Source of the DNA: Octopus vulgaris
Lineage: Eukaryota
NCBI GenBank assembly: GCA_951406725.2
Contig: OX597838.1
Span: forward strand, 1,488,001 to 1,552,000
Direction of reading: 5' to 3'
DNA: 64,000 bases
In this document: positions 23,415 through 36,290 of the stretch, piece by piece
Layout: the number at the start of each line of letters is the position of its first letter
How positions within the stretch are numbered: position 1 is the stretch's first letter
Notes under the pieces: generated by a model
What the model was told of the DNA's origin: nothing
The model's input: only the letters and a program-made list of their open reading frames with translations
The model's database searches: none
Made by a program: the position numbers and the translations under genes

Positions 23415-23855
23415 ATATGTAATACAATGTGGCTGTAGGGCATAACTCCCGAGCAACTCCAAGGTGCATTGCTAGTTAGCAATAAAGAGATTAGCAACAA
23501 TCCTTGGATTTTACACATACCTGGCGATGATGGTGGGGTACTCTAAATGTTTTACGGGAAATAATAGAAGAAAATATATTGCGCATACATACATACATGC
23601 ATACATACATATATGTATGCATACATACAGGCATGCATGCATACATACTTACATACATATACTTACATAGATTAATATATATATACATACATGCATACAT
23701 GAATGGATGCAGGTATGCATACATGCATACATGTATACACATACAAGCATGTATACATTCATGCATACCTGTATACATGCACACATGCATACATACACAG
23801 ACACTCTCATGTATATATATATGTATATAAATAGATGCATATGTACGGACGCGCG

Positions 23856-23901
<46 letters not shown>

Positions 23902-24081
23902 CACACGCTAACATAAATAGCTATAGATACATGTATACACGTGCAAATATATATGTGTACATATATGTGAGTGTTTGTGTAAATACACACACACACACAT
24001 ACACACAAGTAAGGTTGCATAGATAGACAAATTCTTAACTACAGGAACCGGACATTTTACCCAGAATTTAATGTCATGTAT

Positions 24082-24082
24082 G

Positions 24083-24136
<54 letters not shown>

Positions 24137-24244
24137 GATTTGATGGCTTGAAGAAACTATCTGACCTAAATACGGAAATATGGAAATATAGTTATTAATT
24201 AGGTTGTTTAATATCAACAGTCACAAACAACATCAACAACAACA

Positions 24245-24282
<38 letters not shown>

Positions 24283-24338
24283 CTCTACCACTAGTACTAC
24301 TACTACCACTAGTACTACTGCTGCTGCTGCTGCTGCTG

Positions 24339-24382
<44 letters not shown>

Positions 24383-24390
24383 GCTAGTAC
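24082..24390. repeat. Two (ACT)n-type trinucleotide tracts
   Basis: Seen directly (24082-24137 and 24245-24390). Confidence 0.9.
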
Positions 24391-25596
24391 TAATACACGT
24401 ACAGCAAGGAAAAGAAAAAGAACAGTCGTAAACAACTACCTCTACCTGTGTCACCTCTTTGTATCATCTCTTTTTGATGCACAAAAGTGCATGATAGTCA
24501 CGGTTGGATTGGTAAGGGCAAGCCTTGGTGTTAAAGAAAAACACAGGCAACACACACCGTCACCACCTCCTCCACCACCACCCCTATAGTAGTAACATCA
24601 TCATCATCATCATCATCATCGCTATCAACATCATCACCATCATTATTATCATGAACAACAATTAAATACACTTTCTCCCACCCCCCAGCATGATTTCAGC
24701 AACCACCACCCTCACATCTACTCTCCCCTCTACCCCTAATCCTACGCCCCACATTCATCACCCACTCCGCCACATATACATTGCTACTACTTCTACTTTC
24801 GCTGCCGCCACCTCACCACCCACACTCCCCTCTTCCACCCCCACTCCCACTCTCATCCACCCCGCCACCAGCACCATGTTAGAGACGTTGTCGAATTCTA
24901 CACCTCACTCTCAATTTCTTTTATCGATCTATCGATCATTTACCCCCCTCGCCCACCTCTATCTCCCCCAACCTCTAACCTTTGTTCCTTAACACTTCAG
25001 AATTACCACACAACGCTAATTTCACCACCGCCTTCACTACCACCACCACCACCACCACCACCACCACCGCAACCATCACAACTACCATCACCTTCGCCAC
25101 CACCTCACCGTCACCGCCGCCGCCGTCACCACGTGACACATAATACTGTTAAAAAAAGTGGTGAATAAAAAAGCGAGGTGTATGGGAGGGTGGGTGTATG
25201 GGTGGTTGAGTGTGTATGTAGGTGAGTGGTGTATAGAATTTGGTGCTGGTTTAGTGGTGTTGATGGTTGTTGTGGTGAGGGTGAAGTAGGAATGACTGAA
25301 AGAGAGACGTGGCGGTGGAGGTCGTTGTGACGGGTTACACTTGTAGATCTTTCGGAAATGTATTATTATTATTATTATTATTAGTAGTAGTAGTAGTAGT
25401 ATTAGTAGTAGTAGTAGTGATAGTAGTAGTAGTTGGATGGTTGGTGTATTGTGTGGCAGTGGTAGTGGTGCTGGTGGTGATAGTAGTACAATGATATGTG
25501 TGTCTTTGCATGTGCCCCGGCATAAAAAGCGGACATAAAATGCTAGATATACATACACACACACGCACACACGCTCGCACACGCACACACACACAT

Positions 25597-25658
<62 letters not shown>

Positions 25659-26028
25659 ACGCGTGCGTGTGTACGAGTAAGGTGAGTGAACATGTGAAAG
25701 AAAGTGGATCTCAGCACATTTGATTAGACTCTTCATTAAAGTTACTTGGGTGTGGGACAAATCCACCTCATCTGTGTGCGCGTGAGCATGCATGAGTACT
25801 TGTCTATGTACTTGTCTATGCATATAGATATATGTATATATATGTATATGTGTGTGTGTACATATAAGTATGTGTGCGTATGTATGTGTATACATATATG
25901 TGTATGTAAATATATCTTGTATATGTACAGATACATATAGACACACGCACGCACGCACGCACACACACACACACAAACACACACACACAATTATACCCGA
26001 ATATGTGCTCAATATAAATAATGTCCAA

Positions 26029-26235
26029 GGCGGTGAGTTAGCACGCCGGGCGAAATGCTTAGTGGTATTTCGTCTGTCTTTACGTTCTGAGTTCAAATTC
26101 TGCCGAGGTCGACTTTGCCTGTCATCCTTTTGGGGTCGATAAATTAAGTACCAGTGGTGTACTGAGGTCAATCCAATTGACTGGCCCCCTTCCCCCAAAT
26201 TTTCGACCTTGTGCCTACCTAGAGTTGAAAACAAT
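26029..26235 (+). mobile_element. Family A SINE
   Basis: ggcggtgagttagcacgccgggcgaaatgcttag...gtcgactttgcctgtcatccttttggggtcgataaattaagtaccag. Confidence 0.9.
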
Positions 26236-26883
26236 ATAAATAATGCCCTTATGCAATTCAAATATGAAGGACTTTAGATTAATTAATTTAATATATGCAA
26301 AAATTTATATTTCAAGAGGTTAAATGAATGAATTTATTAGATTTCTAAATATATTTGTTCTTCAGATTCTTCGCGTTCAATATGTTTCACCGCCAAACGT
26401 TTCACAGCTGATGTTTCAGTTCTATTCTGATTCCCATCAGTTAATCTATCACACAGCTTATCTAAAAAGAGAGATTTAATCGAGCTTTCAGTCAACTTTA
26501 CAGAGTCATATAAAACAAGGTTAAAGAAATTTATTCTATCCGTAAATAAACAAGTCGAAAGTTTTCCATTGGTGACAATAAATATAATTATGAGGTTTCT
26601 AAATTTTATTCATGCATTCATTCTGCTTTATAAATCTAAATTATACACAATGATCAACATTAAAAATTGAAAAAAAAAAAAAAAAAAAAAATGGAAAAAA
26701 TACTTTGTAGTGATTCCCATTGAAGTCTGAGACTAATATCATTCTTTTTAAATTTGAAATTCTGTACTTCCTGTCTCGTCCCGTTTTCATGTTTGTTGTC
26801 ATTACGGTGTATATACATACACATAAACGCAGACACGTACACAAATTTATAAAAAAAACATACATATATATATATAAACCCAT

Positions 26884-26962
<79 letters not shown>

Positions 26963-26965
26963 CAT

Positions 26966-27164
26966 TGAGGGGAGGACTGAAGGGTTCCTGGTTTTGGGTA
27001 AAGGAAAATACAAGAGGATTATTTAATTATGATTTTATTCAGCATATTCCCCTCTCAGTGGTCCTTTAGTTTTTCTAAAGCTCTGTTAAAGAACCCGGAA
27101 GGTTAGGCCTAAAACTAGACCTTTCATAAAACTCTTAAAGCCAGGGAGTTTTCAGCACCCCTCG
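26966..27164 (-). mobile_element. Mariner-derived MITE (copy 1)
   Basis: TIR related to cgaggggtgctgaaaagttcctggct at both ends, next to TA. Opposite orientation to the two later copies. Confidence 0.8.
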
Positions 27165-27319
27165 TATATATATATATATATATATGCCGACATGCATTCA
27201 ATAGCAGGTATAATAAGAATCGCGCAAATACAGCAGAAACACTTTTGCGATACAAAACGTCTTTGCCAAAAATGAAATGAATTGATGACGTTCAGAACAA
27301 TCTTGCGACTGCTTCTTAC

Positions 27320-27525
27320 ATAGACACAAGGTCAAACATTTGTGGAGAGAGAAGGACTCGATTACATTGGCCAATACCTACTAGACACCAGCTAATGCAT
27401 TTCATCGAACCCCAGACATAAAAGGCAACATTCCTGACAGGATTTAATGCAGAATGTAAAGGGACAGAAAAAATAGCTCCAAGACAGTTTCTCCAGCATT
27501 CTAGCGATTCTTACACACCGTCATC
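27320..27525 (-). mobile_element. Degenerate family A SINE
   Basis: catcgaaccccagacataaaaggcaacattcctgacaggatttaatgcagaatgtaaag is a decayed reverse copy. Confidence 0.55.
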
Positions 27526-27994
27526 CTTTCATAGCAAGTGCTTACTCCTTTTTGTCCACCCATTAGGGTAGATAAAAACATGTGGAAACTAAAATATACA
27601 ATTATACCATATATATATTAAGGTAAATATATACGTGTATTAAACTGACCTTCTCCGGACACAAGTTCGTGTTTCCGTCACTCGCAGCAGTAAACTAACC
27701 GTGATGCCATCATCAGCGGATATACGAAGAGGATTACGTAACCTAAATTATTTCTTGTGTAGGAATGAGTGAAATATAGAAATTACCTGAAAATAATGGA
27801 AAAAAAAAACAGAACCTGATAATATCGAGAAGTCTGTTACGGTCTTTTTGCATTGAATAAAGAAAAAAAGGGAAAAAGTTAAACAAAGAACTCTAAAACT
27901 GGAAGTTAGCTTTAAAAATAATTTGATATCAGTTTACATAAATGTGCTTTGTTATAAGAATAGAAATAAATATCTAGCAAATATAACGGCAGAA

Positions 27995-28752
27995 CATACA
28001 TACACACACACACACATACATACATACATACATACATACATACATACATACATACATACATACATACATACATACATACATACATACATACATACATACA
28101 TACATACACACACATACATACATACAAGCATACATACATACATACATACATACATACATACACACACATACATACATACATATATACATACATACATACA
28201 CACACATACATACATATATACATACATACATACATACATACATACAAGCATACATACATACATACATACATACATACACACACATACATACATACATACA
28301 TACATACATACATACATACATACATACATACATACATACATACATACATACATACAAGCATACATACATACATACATACATACACACACATACATACATA
28401 CATACATACATACATACATACATACATACATACATACATACATACATACATACATACACACACACACATACATACATACATACATACACACACATACATA
28501 CATACATACATACACACACATACATACATACATACATACATACATACATACATACATACATACACACACACATACATACATACATACATACATACATACA
28601 TACATACATACATACATACATACATACATACATACATACATACATACATACATACATACATACATACATTCAAGCATACATACATACATACATACATACA
28701 TACATACATACATACATACATACATACATACATACATACATACATACATACA
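27995..28752. repeat. Long (TACA)n microsatellite, ~760 bp, with CA and AAGC interruptions
   Basis: Seen directly. Confidence 0.97.
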
Positions 28753-29189
28753 TAATACATATGTGTGTGTATATGTATGTATGTGTATATATATGCGTAT
28801 GTATCTATATACACAAATTCACACACATATACATCAAGCAAAGCATTGTATTGAAAACTTAAAAGCCAATATATGGTTATTGGTGGTGGTGGTGGTGGTG
28901 GTGGTTTTGGTGGAGACGGAGGAGAACGTGATGTAGATATGTGTGTAGATAGGTAAACGGGTGGAGGGGTTGATGGAAAGATTGATAGAGGTGTGTGGAG
29001 TAGATTTGAAGGTAGGTGGGGAAATGGGCTGTAGATGGCGTTTCTATCTATGTCTGTCTGTCTGTCTATCTATTCTTTCCTCGAGACTCTCCGAGAGTGT
29101 GAGAGTTGGGATATTTGTTGATGTGAGAGAAAGGGAAGAATATACATACATACATTCATGCACCATTTATGCATGCATACATAAATAGC

Positions 29190-29224
<35 letters not shown>

Positions 29225-29307
29225 TGTATGTATGTATGTATGTATGTATGTATGTGTGTATGTATGTATATGTGTTCACACACATCATTCAGATATAGAC
29301 AGGGTGG

Positions 29308-29339
<32 letters not shown>

Positions 29340-29799
29340 AAGAGAAAGAGAGAGAGAGAGAGAGAGTGAGATGGGGGGGGGATTGTTGGTGCTTTAATTT
29401 ACCATTCTTCTGCTAATAGGTGAGCAATGGAGTAAGGAAACATGAAACGGAAGTAGAATTGCTGTGAAGGGAAAAGTGAAGGTTGTCAGTAGTGAGATCT
29501 ATCTACAGGAGGAGGGCGCCACTGGTAGAGTGAGCGACAGGTAAACAAAGAAGGAGGTAGGTGGAGGCAGAAATAGACAGACGGAGAGAGACAGAGAGGG
29601 AGGGAAAGAGAGAAGAGGGGAGAGAGAGAGAGAAGGAGGGAGAGAGAGAGAGGGTGGGAGTTATTCCGAAGACGTTGGTAAATAAGAGGAAAATGCCGAT
29701 CTATTTAACTTGATAGAAGCCACAGGCACACAATGTTTGTATAACAATGTGCATACATTACAGTATTGTGTGTGATTTAATTGTATTATTAATTAGTAG

Positions 29800-30025
29800 A
29801 GCGCCGCGCTAGATTGGCAGAATCGATAGAGCGTCAAACAAATTGTCTTACGCTGATTGTTCTGGCTCTTTACGCTTTCAGTACAGTTTCCGCCAGAAGT
29901 GAACTTTCGCTTTCATCTTTCTCGGATTGATACAACAAGAGTACCAGTCAAATACTGGGATCGATATAATTGATCACCTCATCGCTCAATCTAAATTTTT
30001 GACCTTGTGCCCCTCTAAGAAATTA
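29800..30025 (+). mobile_element. Degenerate family A SINE
   Basis: ttggcagaatcgatagagcgtc...actttcgctttcatctttctcggattgata...gtaccagtcaaatactggg. Confidence 0.7.
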
Positions 30026-30257
30026 TTAATTACCAGATTATAAAAGTCCCAAATATACTAAATCTTGTAAGCAGCACAAGGACGGTTATGCGGTGCCTTG
30101 GGTTGTTCATGTGTGTGTGTCTCTCTCTCAAATGCAGCATCGATAATACTATTATTGTAGATTGATAATTTATTTATTGTAAGTAATAATATGTTTGTTG
30201 GTAATACAATAGTTGGTCTGTATATGTTGTAGGTTTTGTTGAAACTGTGGTCAGATA

Positions 30258-30475
30258 TAAGGGGTTGCAGAAAAGTTCCTAGCTTCAAAGGTATCACAAA
30301 AGGCCTGGCTGGAGGCCCAACCTTCCGAGTTCTTTTACAGGGCTAAGAAAAAGTGAAGGGCCGCTGCAATAAGTGTGTGAATCTGGGAGGGGGATATGTT
30401 GAATAAAATCCTAATTCACTGATCCTCCTGCTTTTTTCTTTTACCCAAAGCCAGGAACTTTCCAGCCTCGCCTCG
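30258..30475 (+). mobile_element. Mariner-derived MITE (copy 2) retaining the transposase C-terminus
   Basis: TA-flanked TIRs. The interior reads WLEAQPSEFF...RCNKCVNL..YVE*. Confidence 0.85.
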
Positions 30476-30493
30476 TATGCGTGTGCATGAGTC

Positions 30494-30569
<76 letters not shown>

Positions 30570-31633
30570 CTTATATATTTAGCTGTGGGACTGAGGACAA
30601 ATATAAACTCAGCTTCTGTTAAAAGTAATTCCTGTTTGTTCATTTAAGGCTCCCTGTTAAATCTTTTCTTTCATCTAAAATCATACAGGCTGTCATTGGG
30701 ATTCAAATATTCAAATCAAAAACCGACATAGTCTTGTGGTTAAGAAGTTTTCTCTTCGCAACCCCGTCTTTCCCTATCCGATATCATGGAGTGGCATTTG
30801 GTGTACATGTTTTCTGTTATACTTTCTGGTTATCGCACACCTTTTCAATTCAAAGACTCTTGATTGTACTCTCTCTGTCTTGAAAGTGGTTGTAGAATTA
30901 ATGTCACTCTACTGGACTTTGTAGATTTTAGCAGAATCCACTGTGGAGCAGGCCTCATATCAGGTCACCGATTTCTACTTGGAAGGTCTTGCAGTAAGAT
31001 CACAAGCACCACATTCCGTTTCATTTGTTAAAACAATAAAAAAAGAAGCCAAAGCAAAAGATCCGTATAAAACATAAATAAAAGTAAAATCCTATTTGTC
31101 CCTCTCCATTATAAAATGATGCTAACACGACGTAGGATTGAATGATACTTTGCAAGTGATTAAGATAAATACTTGACTGACGATGTTGTTCACCAATTCT
31201 TTTATGATTAAAGAGGAGTTGATTATACTTTTAGTAATTAGCAGCATAGTTTATCACTGTGGATATTGTCATTTTAATCTTCACCGATGTTTAAATCTCG
31301 CCTAAAAGAAAGTTTACAACGCTTCTGGTTGGTTGTTTGTTGTAACGGTAACGTTTAATTAAAATTCAATAGAAGTTTCTATAAAAAACTTTCTAAATTT
31401 ATTTGGAAGGGATCCGTTCATATGGTGGGTAACTACCAGCCCTTCACCTCTTTGCAAACTAATGTTTCAAGCAACAAATTTTCTTTTTCTTTTCGATTTG
31501 CGTTGAATAAAATTGAAAATGTGCTGCGACACGACATCTTTATTATAAAAACAATGACAGTTAGAATTGCTTCATAACAGTTCTAGGCACGCATTAACAC
31601 TTTACCACAAAGAGGTGCATATATTCTTGTACA

Positions 31634-31835
31634 CTAGGGGGTGCTGAAAAGTTCCTGGCTTTAAAGATATCACTAAAGCCCTGGCTGGAGTTCTTTTACA
31701 GGGCTCAGAAAAACTGAAGGATCTTTGCAATAAATGTAGGAATCTGAGGAGGGAATATATTAAATAAAATCATAATTAACTGATCCTCCTGTATTTTCTT
31801 TTACCCAAAACCAGGAACTTTTCAATACCCCTTCG
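31634..31835 (+). mobile_element. Mariner-derived MITE (copy 3)
   Basis: gggggtgctgaaaagttcctggct...ccaggaacttttcaataccccttcg followed by TA. Confidence 0.85.
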
Positions 31836-32968
31836 TAGTGTATTAAAACAATTAATCGCACACACACGCACACATACACGCACCTGGAACGCACCTGGAA
31901 GGCTTCAGGTCAAAGTTGTCCTCAGCGGCATTTGAACTCAGAACGTAAAGAACCGTACCAAGTGTCGCAATGCATTTTCCAACACTAACAATTCCATCAA
32001 TCCACCCTTCTCAGTAGAGAGGCTGCTGACGATGATGATAATGATGATGATGATGACAGCGACGACGACGATCATGAAGTTTTTTTGCGACGATATAATA
32101 ATGGTGACAGCTGGTTTTGATAGATTCGTGTTTGTGACCTTTTAAATAGAGATTAAGCAGAGAATTTGAGCACCTGCTACAGGTAGAGTTTCCACTTGCA
32201 GAAATGTGTGAAACAAACTATAGGAATAACGATGGTATTTTAGAGTGTGTGTGTCTGTTACATTATTGATATCAAAGGAGGGGAATGCGAGGGGAAAGGC
32301 TCCGCTACCTTTTAGACACGACCTGGAACAATACCAGTTTTCTTTGAACAATTACCGTATGGCAGCGAACATCTGTTTCAAAGAAGTAACGTGCACAGGT
32401 TTTTGCTTAGGTCACATCTAACTTATACACGCATATATTTACACATCCACACGCTCACACACACACACGTGCACACAGAGACACACTCAGAAACACACAC
32501 ACGTGCACATACACATACACACACGTGCGCGTACGCACACACGTGCATACACACACACTCACAGACACACACATACACATACTGACACAAACATGATTGT
32601 ATACAAATTAACATATGTGTGTGCATATGCTTACATACATAGATATGTACATGAACCATGTAGAGTAAATCTACTGAAAGTGCTCAAAGACAAATTAAGT
32701 TAGTAGAGGCTATGACCAATGTCTGTGTGAATGAAATAGATAGTAGTGTAGTTTAAACAGATTGTATTTAGGAGCACACTACCCAATGTGCTTCCTTTGA
32801 TAAGTCAGTTGTGGGTGATGAGAGAGATTTAGCTGCTATTACCAGCAGGTCGTGCGATTCCTTAGAAACGTTCTCCTTAACTTGTCATATACTGTTTTGT
32901 GTCACAACTGACTCCATGCTTCCTTGTAAAGTTCTTCTTTGTTTTTTTTTTTCTAAATATTGGATAAA

Positions 32969-33109
32969 TCTCTCTCTATATAAACGGCAGTTTGTCTGTG
33001 CGTGTTTCTGTGTGTCTGTTTTCTCGTACCCTCACTCTGACCACGGCTTTCAACCGATTCTATAGTTATTTCCCTTACAAACCTGAGCAACGCCGGGCGA
33101 TACTGCTAT
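32969..33109 (+). mobile_element. Small non-autonomous Helitron-like element
   Basis: 5' TCtctctctatataaa after A, 3' hairpin cctgagcaacgccggg, then CTAT (decayed CTAG) before T. Confidence 0.6.
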
Positions 33110-33549
33110 TAAATATAAACGCAATGTTTTATTGTGCTGCTTTGACGAGGCTGAAAGGGCTGTTTCCTGGATCGAATCAAACATCAACCCTTTCGAGTGT
33201 CACTTGTAACAGATAAAGTAAGAGTTGAGGGAAGGTGGGTGACTGTAATGAACTTGATCGTATGATTTGACTTGTACCACAGACTAACGATATGGTGTTC
33301 AATAGAGCGTGTTCGTTGGTGGCTGAGCAGCTTTGGGTGAGCAGCTATGTAGAGTACGCGCCCTAAAGGGATACCAGAGAGAGGGGATGAAGAGCACAGC
33401 TTTGATCCAGCTGGAATTCTCTCGCTTGTGTGTGTCTGGGTTGCCCTATTTTCTTTGCGTCATATTTAAAAAAAAAATTAAATTAAATGAATTTCGCTGA
33501 TTCAATTACTGCTAATAATTATATGCGTAATTATCAAAAGTTTAAAAAT

Positions 33550-33760
33550 ATATATTGATCTCAAAGTTTGGAACAAAGAGAGCAATTTTGGTGTGGAGAT
33601 AGTCGATTGCATCGATCTAGCGTTCAAATGGATCTTATTTTATTTTATGGATCTCGAAAGGAAAAGCCGTCCTCGACTGAATTTGATCTCAGAATGTGAA
33701 GATGGATTAAATACCGCTAAAAATTTTGTCCGGTATGATAACTCTGCCAGCTTGCCGCTT
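33550..33760 (-). mobile_element. Family A SINE, degenerate
   Basis: Ends ...ctctgccagcttgccgc, the reverse of the family head. Confidence 0.75.
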
Positions 33761-33823
33761 TAAATTTTTATAATATACATACATACTCACATACATACAT
33801 ACATACTCACATACATACATACA

Positions 33824-33855
<32 letters not shown>

Positions 33856-33859
33856 CATA

Positions 33860-35020
33860 TAGGATGACCCCAAAAATTGCATACACACTTTAAATACTTG
33901 TAAATTAGGTGTTTATTAAAATACATTTCATTTTCAAGATTTAATAAAATCTACAGACATTATTTTATTGTTTTGTCAACGCCTATTTTCAAATTGATGT
34001 CCGTTCTGGTCCAGTCTCTGCTGGCAATGCAAAGCAATGGAATCGCAAACATCACAAAACAATTCATTTGGTATTTGTGTACATTCTCGTTCAATGGCTG
34101 CTCTCAAATCAGCGACTGTTGCAGGTTTCATAGCGTAGACTTTGTCTTTTAGGTATCCCCATAAAAAGTATAGTGGTGTGAGGTCTGGTGAACGCAGAAG
34201 GTATTCAACGAAACCCCTTCATCCAATCCACCTGTTTGGCAGGATCTCATCAAGGAATGATCTAACATAGCGATGGTAGTGTGTGGGTGCACCATCTTGC
34301 TGAAAATAAAACTCCTCATCTTCAAAGTCTTCTCTAATGCTTGGCATGAGAGACTGTTGCAGCAAGTTCAAATAAACGGGTTCAGTCACAGTAGCGTCAA
34401 AACAGAATGGTTCAATTTATTCTCTTGATGATAAGCCACACCACACTGTAACTCCTGGTAAATTAACATGGTGCTCCACCATAACATGCGGATTATCAGG
34501 TCCCCAGTAGGTGCAATTGTGGCGGTTAATTGAACCATTTAATTTGAATGTGGCCTCATCCCTGCACACAATCTTTGCTGGTAAGTGTGCTTCTTCTACA
34601 CATCGTACCAATCACCGCACACAAAACTGCACTCTTCGCTCTGGATCATCGTCATTAATAGCAGGGACTAATCTTGGAACGTAACTTTTCCATTGACAAC
34701 GCTTCAAAATGCGTTGGACAGAAGATTTTGAAATACCTGCCTCACGACTCTCTTGCTGCACAGATTTTCTTGGACTTTGGTGATTCCTTTCCAGTACTTT
34801 TTCTTGGTTTGCAGGCATTGTTGTTGTTCTTGATCTTCTGGAATGCTTCTCATGAACATTCTGAATAGTTCCATCGGCTTCAAACTTATCTCTAATTCGA
34901 ATGACGGTGAGTCGCGTCAATGGATCTGATTGAAACTCTGTCCTAAACTGTCTTTGCACTTCAACTACGTTTTCTCACTTCTAGTAGTATTTTAGAATGA
35001 ATTTCCTTTCTTCAAAGCTT
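33860..35020 (-). mobile_element. Tc1/mariner superfamily DD41D (rosa/Visitor-type) transposon remnant with one TIR left
   Basis: TIR-like taggatgaccccaaaaattgcatacacact after TA at 33858-33859, followed by a transposase pseudogene. Confidence 0.85.
33976..35020 (-). pseudogene. DD41D transposase pseudogene with DUF4817-like N-terminal HTH
   Basis: [27 protein letters not shown]...[19 protein letters not shown]...[10 protein letters not shown]...WIG*RG...RSPDLTPLYFLWGYLKDKVY...QFENRR*. Stops and frameshifts. The third Asp codon appears mutated GAC>TAC. Confidence 0.9.
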
Positions 35021-35140
35021 AGTTATGGGGATGTAAACACACCAGCATCGGTTGTCAAGCGATGTTGGGGGTCAATCACACACACACGCACACAAACGTA
35101 TACATACGCACACATTCATACACAAACGCACACGCACACA

Positions 35141-35195
<55 letters not shown>

Positions 35196-35312
35196 TACGG
35201 GCTTCTTTAAGTTTTCGACTACCAAATCCACTTAGAAGGCTTTGGTCGGCCCAAGGCTATAGTAGAAGACATTTGCCCAAAGTGCCACGTAGTGGGACTG
35301 AACCCGGAACCA
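35017..35312 (-). mobile_element. Family B SINE, truncated at both ends
   Basis: ggggatgtaaacacaccagcatcggttgtcaagcg...(CA)n...cgggcttctt...gccacgtagtgggactgaacccggaacca. Confidence 0.85.
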
Positions 35313-35794
35313 TTTCTCATCACATTTCTCATGCCCACGCGATTTTGAATTTCTGTGTAATTCTTACTTTGTCTAAATGAATGAAATTCGTTTGACAAAA
35401 AAAAAAAAAAAAGAAAATGAAGAAAAAGGAAAAGAGAAATTAAATCATTATTATCATTGCTATTATTGTTATTGTTGTTGTTGTTGTTATTAGTGTGCTC
35501 AGGCGTCGACGACTGTGACTATGCCCTCACATCATATAATCTTCGTAATTTGAGGCAAATCAATTTGTATGACAGACAGAAATACATCACAGATGATGGG
35601 AAATGCCAGCTCAGTAATTGGCTTTTGTAAGTTATTGTTGCTGTGGTTGTCGTTGGAAGTGTTCTTGTTTTAATTGTGAGAGAATTGTTGTTGTTAGTGA
35701 AAGGTAAAGCACTTTCGAAACTATGCCACAGACCACGTCAACACGATGGAGACAACAATGAATCACTCGCACACACACACACATGACATATAAT

Positions 35795-36090
35795 ATGTGT
35801 GAGTGTGTGTGTATATATAATGTGTGCGTATATATATAACGTGTGTGTGTGTGTGTGTATATATATAATGTGTGCGTATATATATAACGTGTGTGTGTGT
35901 GTGTGTGTATATATAATGTGTGCGTATATATATAACGTGTGTGTTTGTGTGTGTATATATAATGTGTGCGTATATATATAACGTGTGTGTGTGTGTGTGT
36001 ATATATATAATGTGTGCGTATATATATAACGTGTGTGTGTATATATAATGTGTGCGTATATATATAACGTGTGTGTTTGTGTGTGTGTGT
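35795..36090. repeat. Minisatellite, unit about (GT)n-atatataatgtgtgcgtatatatataac, six copies
   Basis: Seen directly. Confidence 0.9.
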
Positions 36091-36115
36091 ATGCATGAGC
36101 ATGGCTATAGCGTTT

Positions 36116-36290
36116 ATTTTTTACTTGCTTCAATAATTTGACTGCGGCCATGCTGGAGCACCGCCTTGCACAGTTTTAGTTGAACAAATCGACTCCAGAA
36201 CGTATTTTTGTTAAGCCTAGTACTTATTCTATAGGTTTCTTTTGTCGAACCGCAAAGTTACAGGGAAGTAAAAACACCAAAACCGATCGT
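36116..36290 (-). mobile_element. Family B SINE, 3' half
   Basis: tttgactgcggccatgctggagcaccgcc...aagcctagtacttattctat...gaaccgcaaagttac. Confidence 0.85.

Noticed and set aside
27912-28936. Long ORFs (up to 337 aa) of YIHT/MYVC repeats, and similar ORFs at 7846-8532, 25335-26261 and 59239-59730
   Set aside because: They are translations of stop-free microsatellites, not genes.
35795-36090. Repeat-spacer appearance suggesting CRISPR
   Set aside because: The spacers are dinucleotide runs, there are no cas genes, and the context is eukaryotic.
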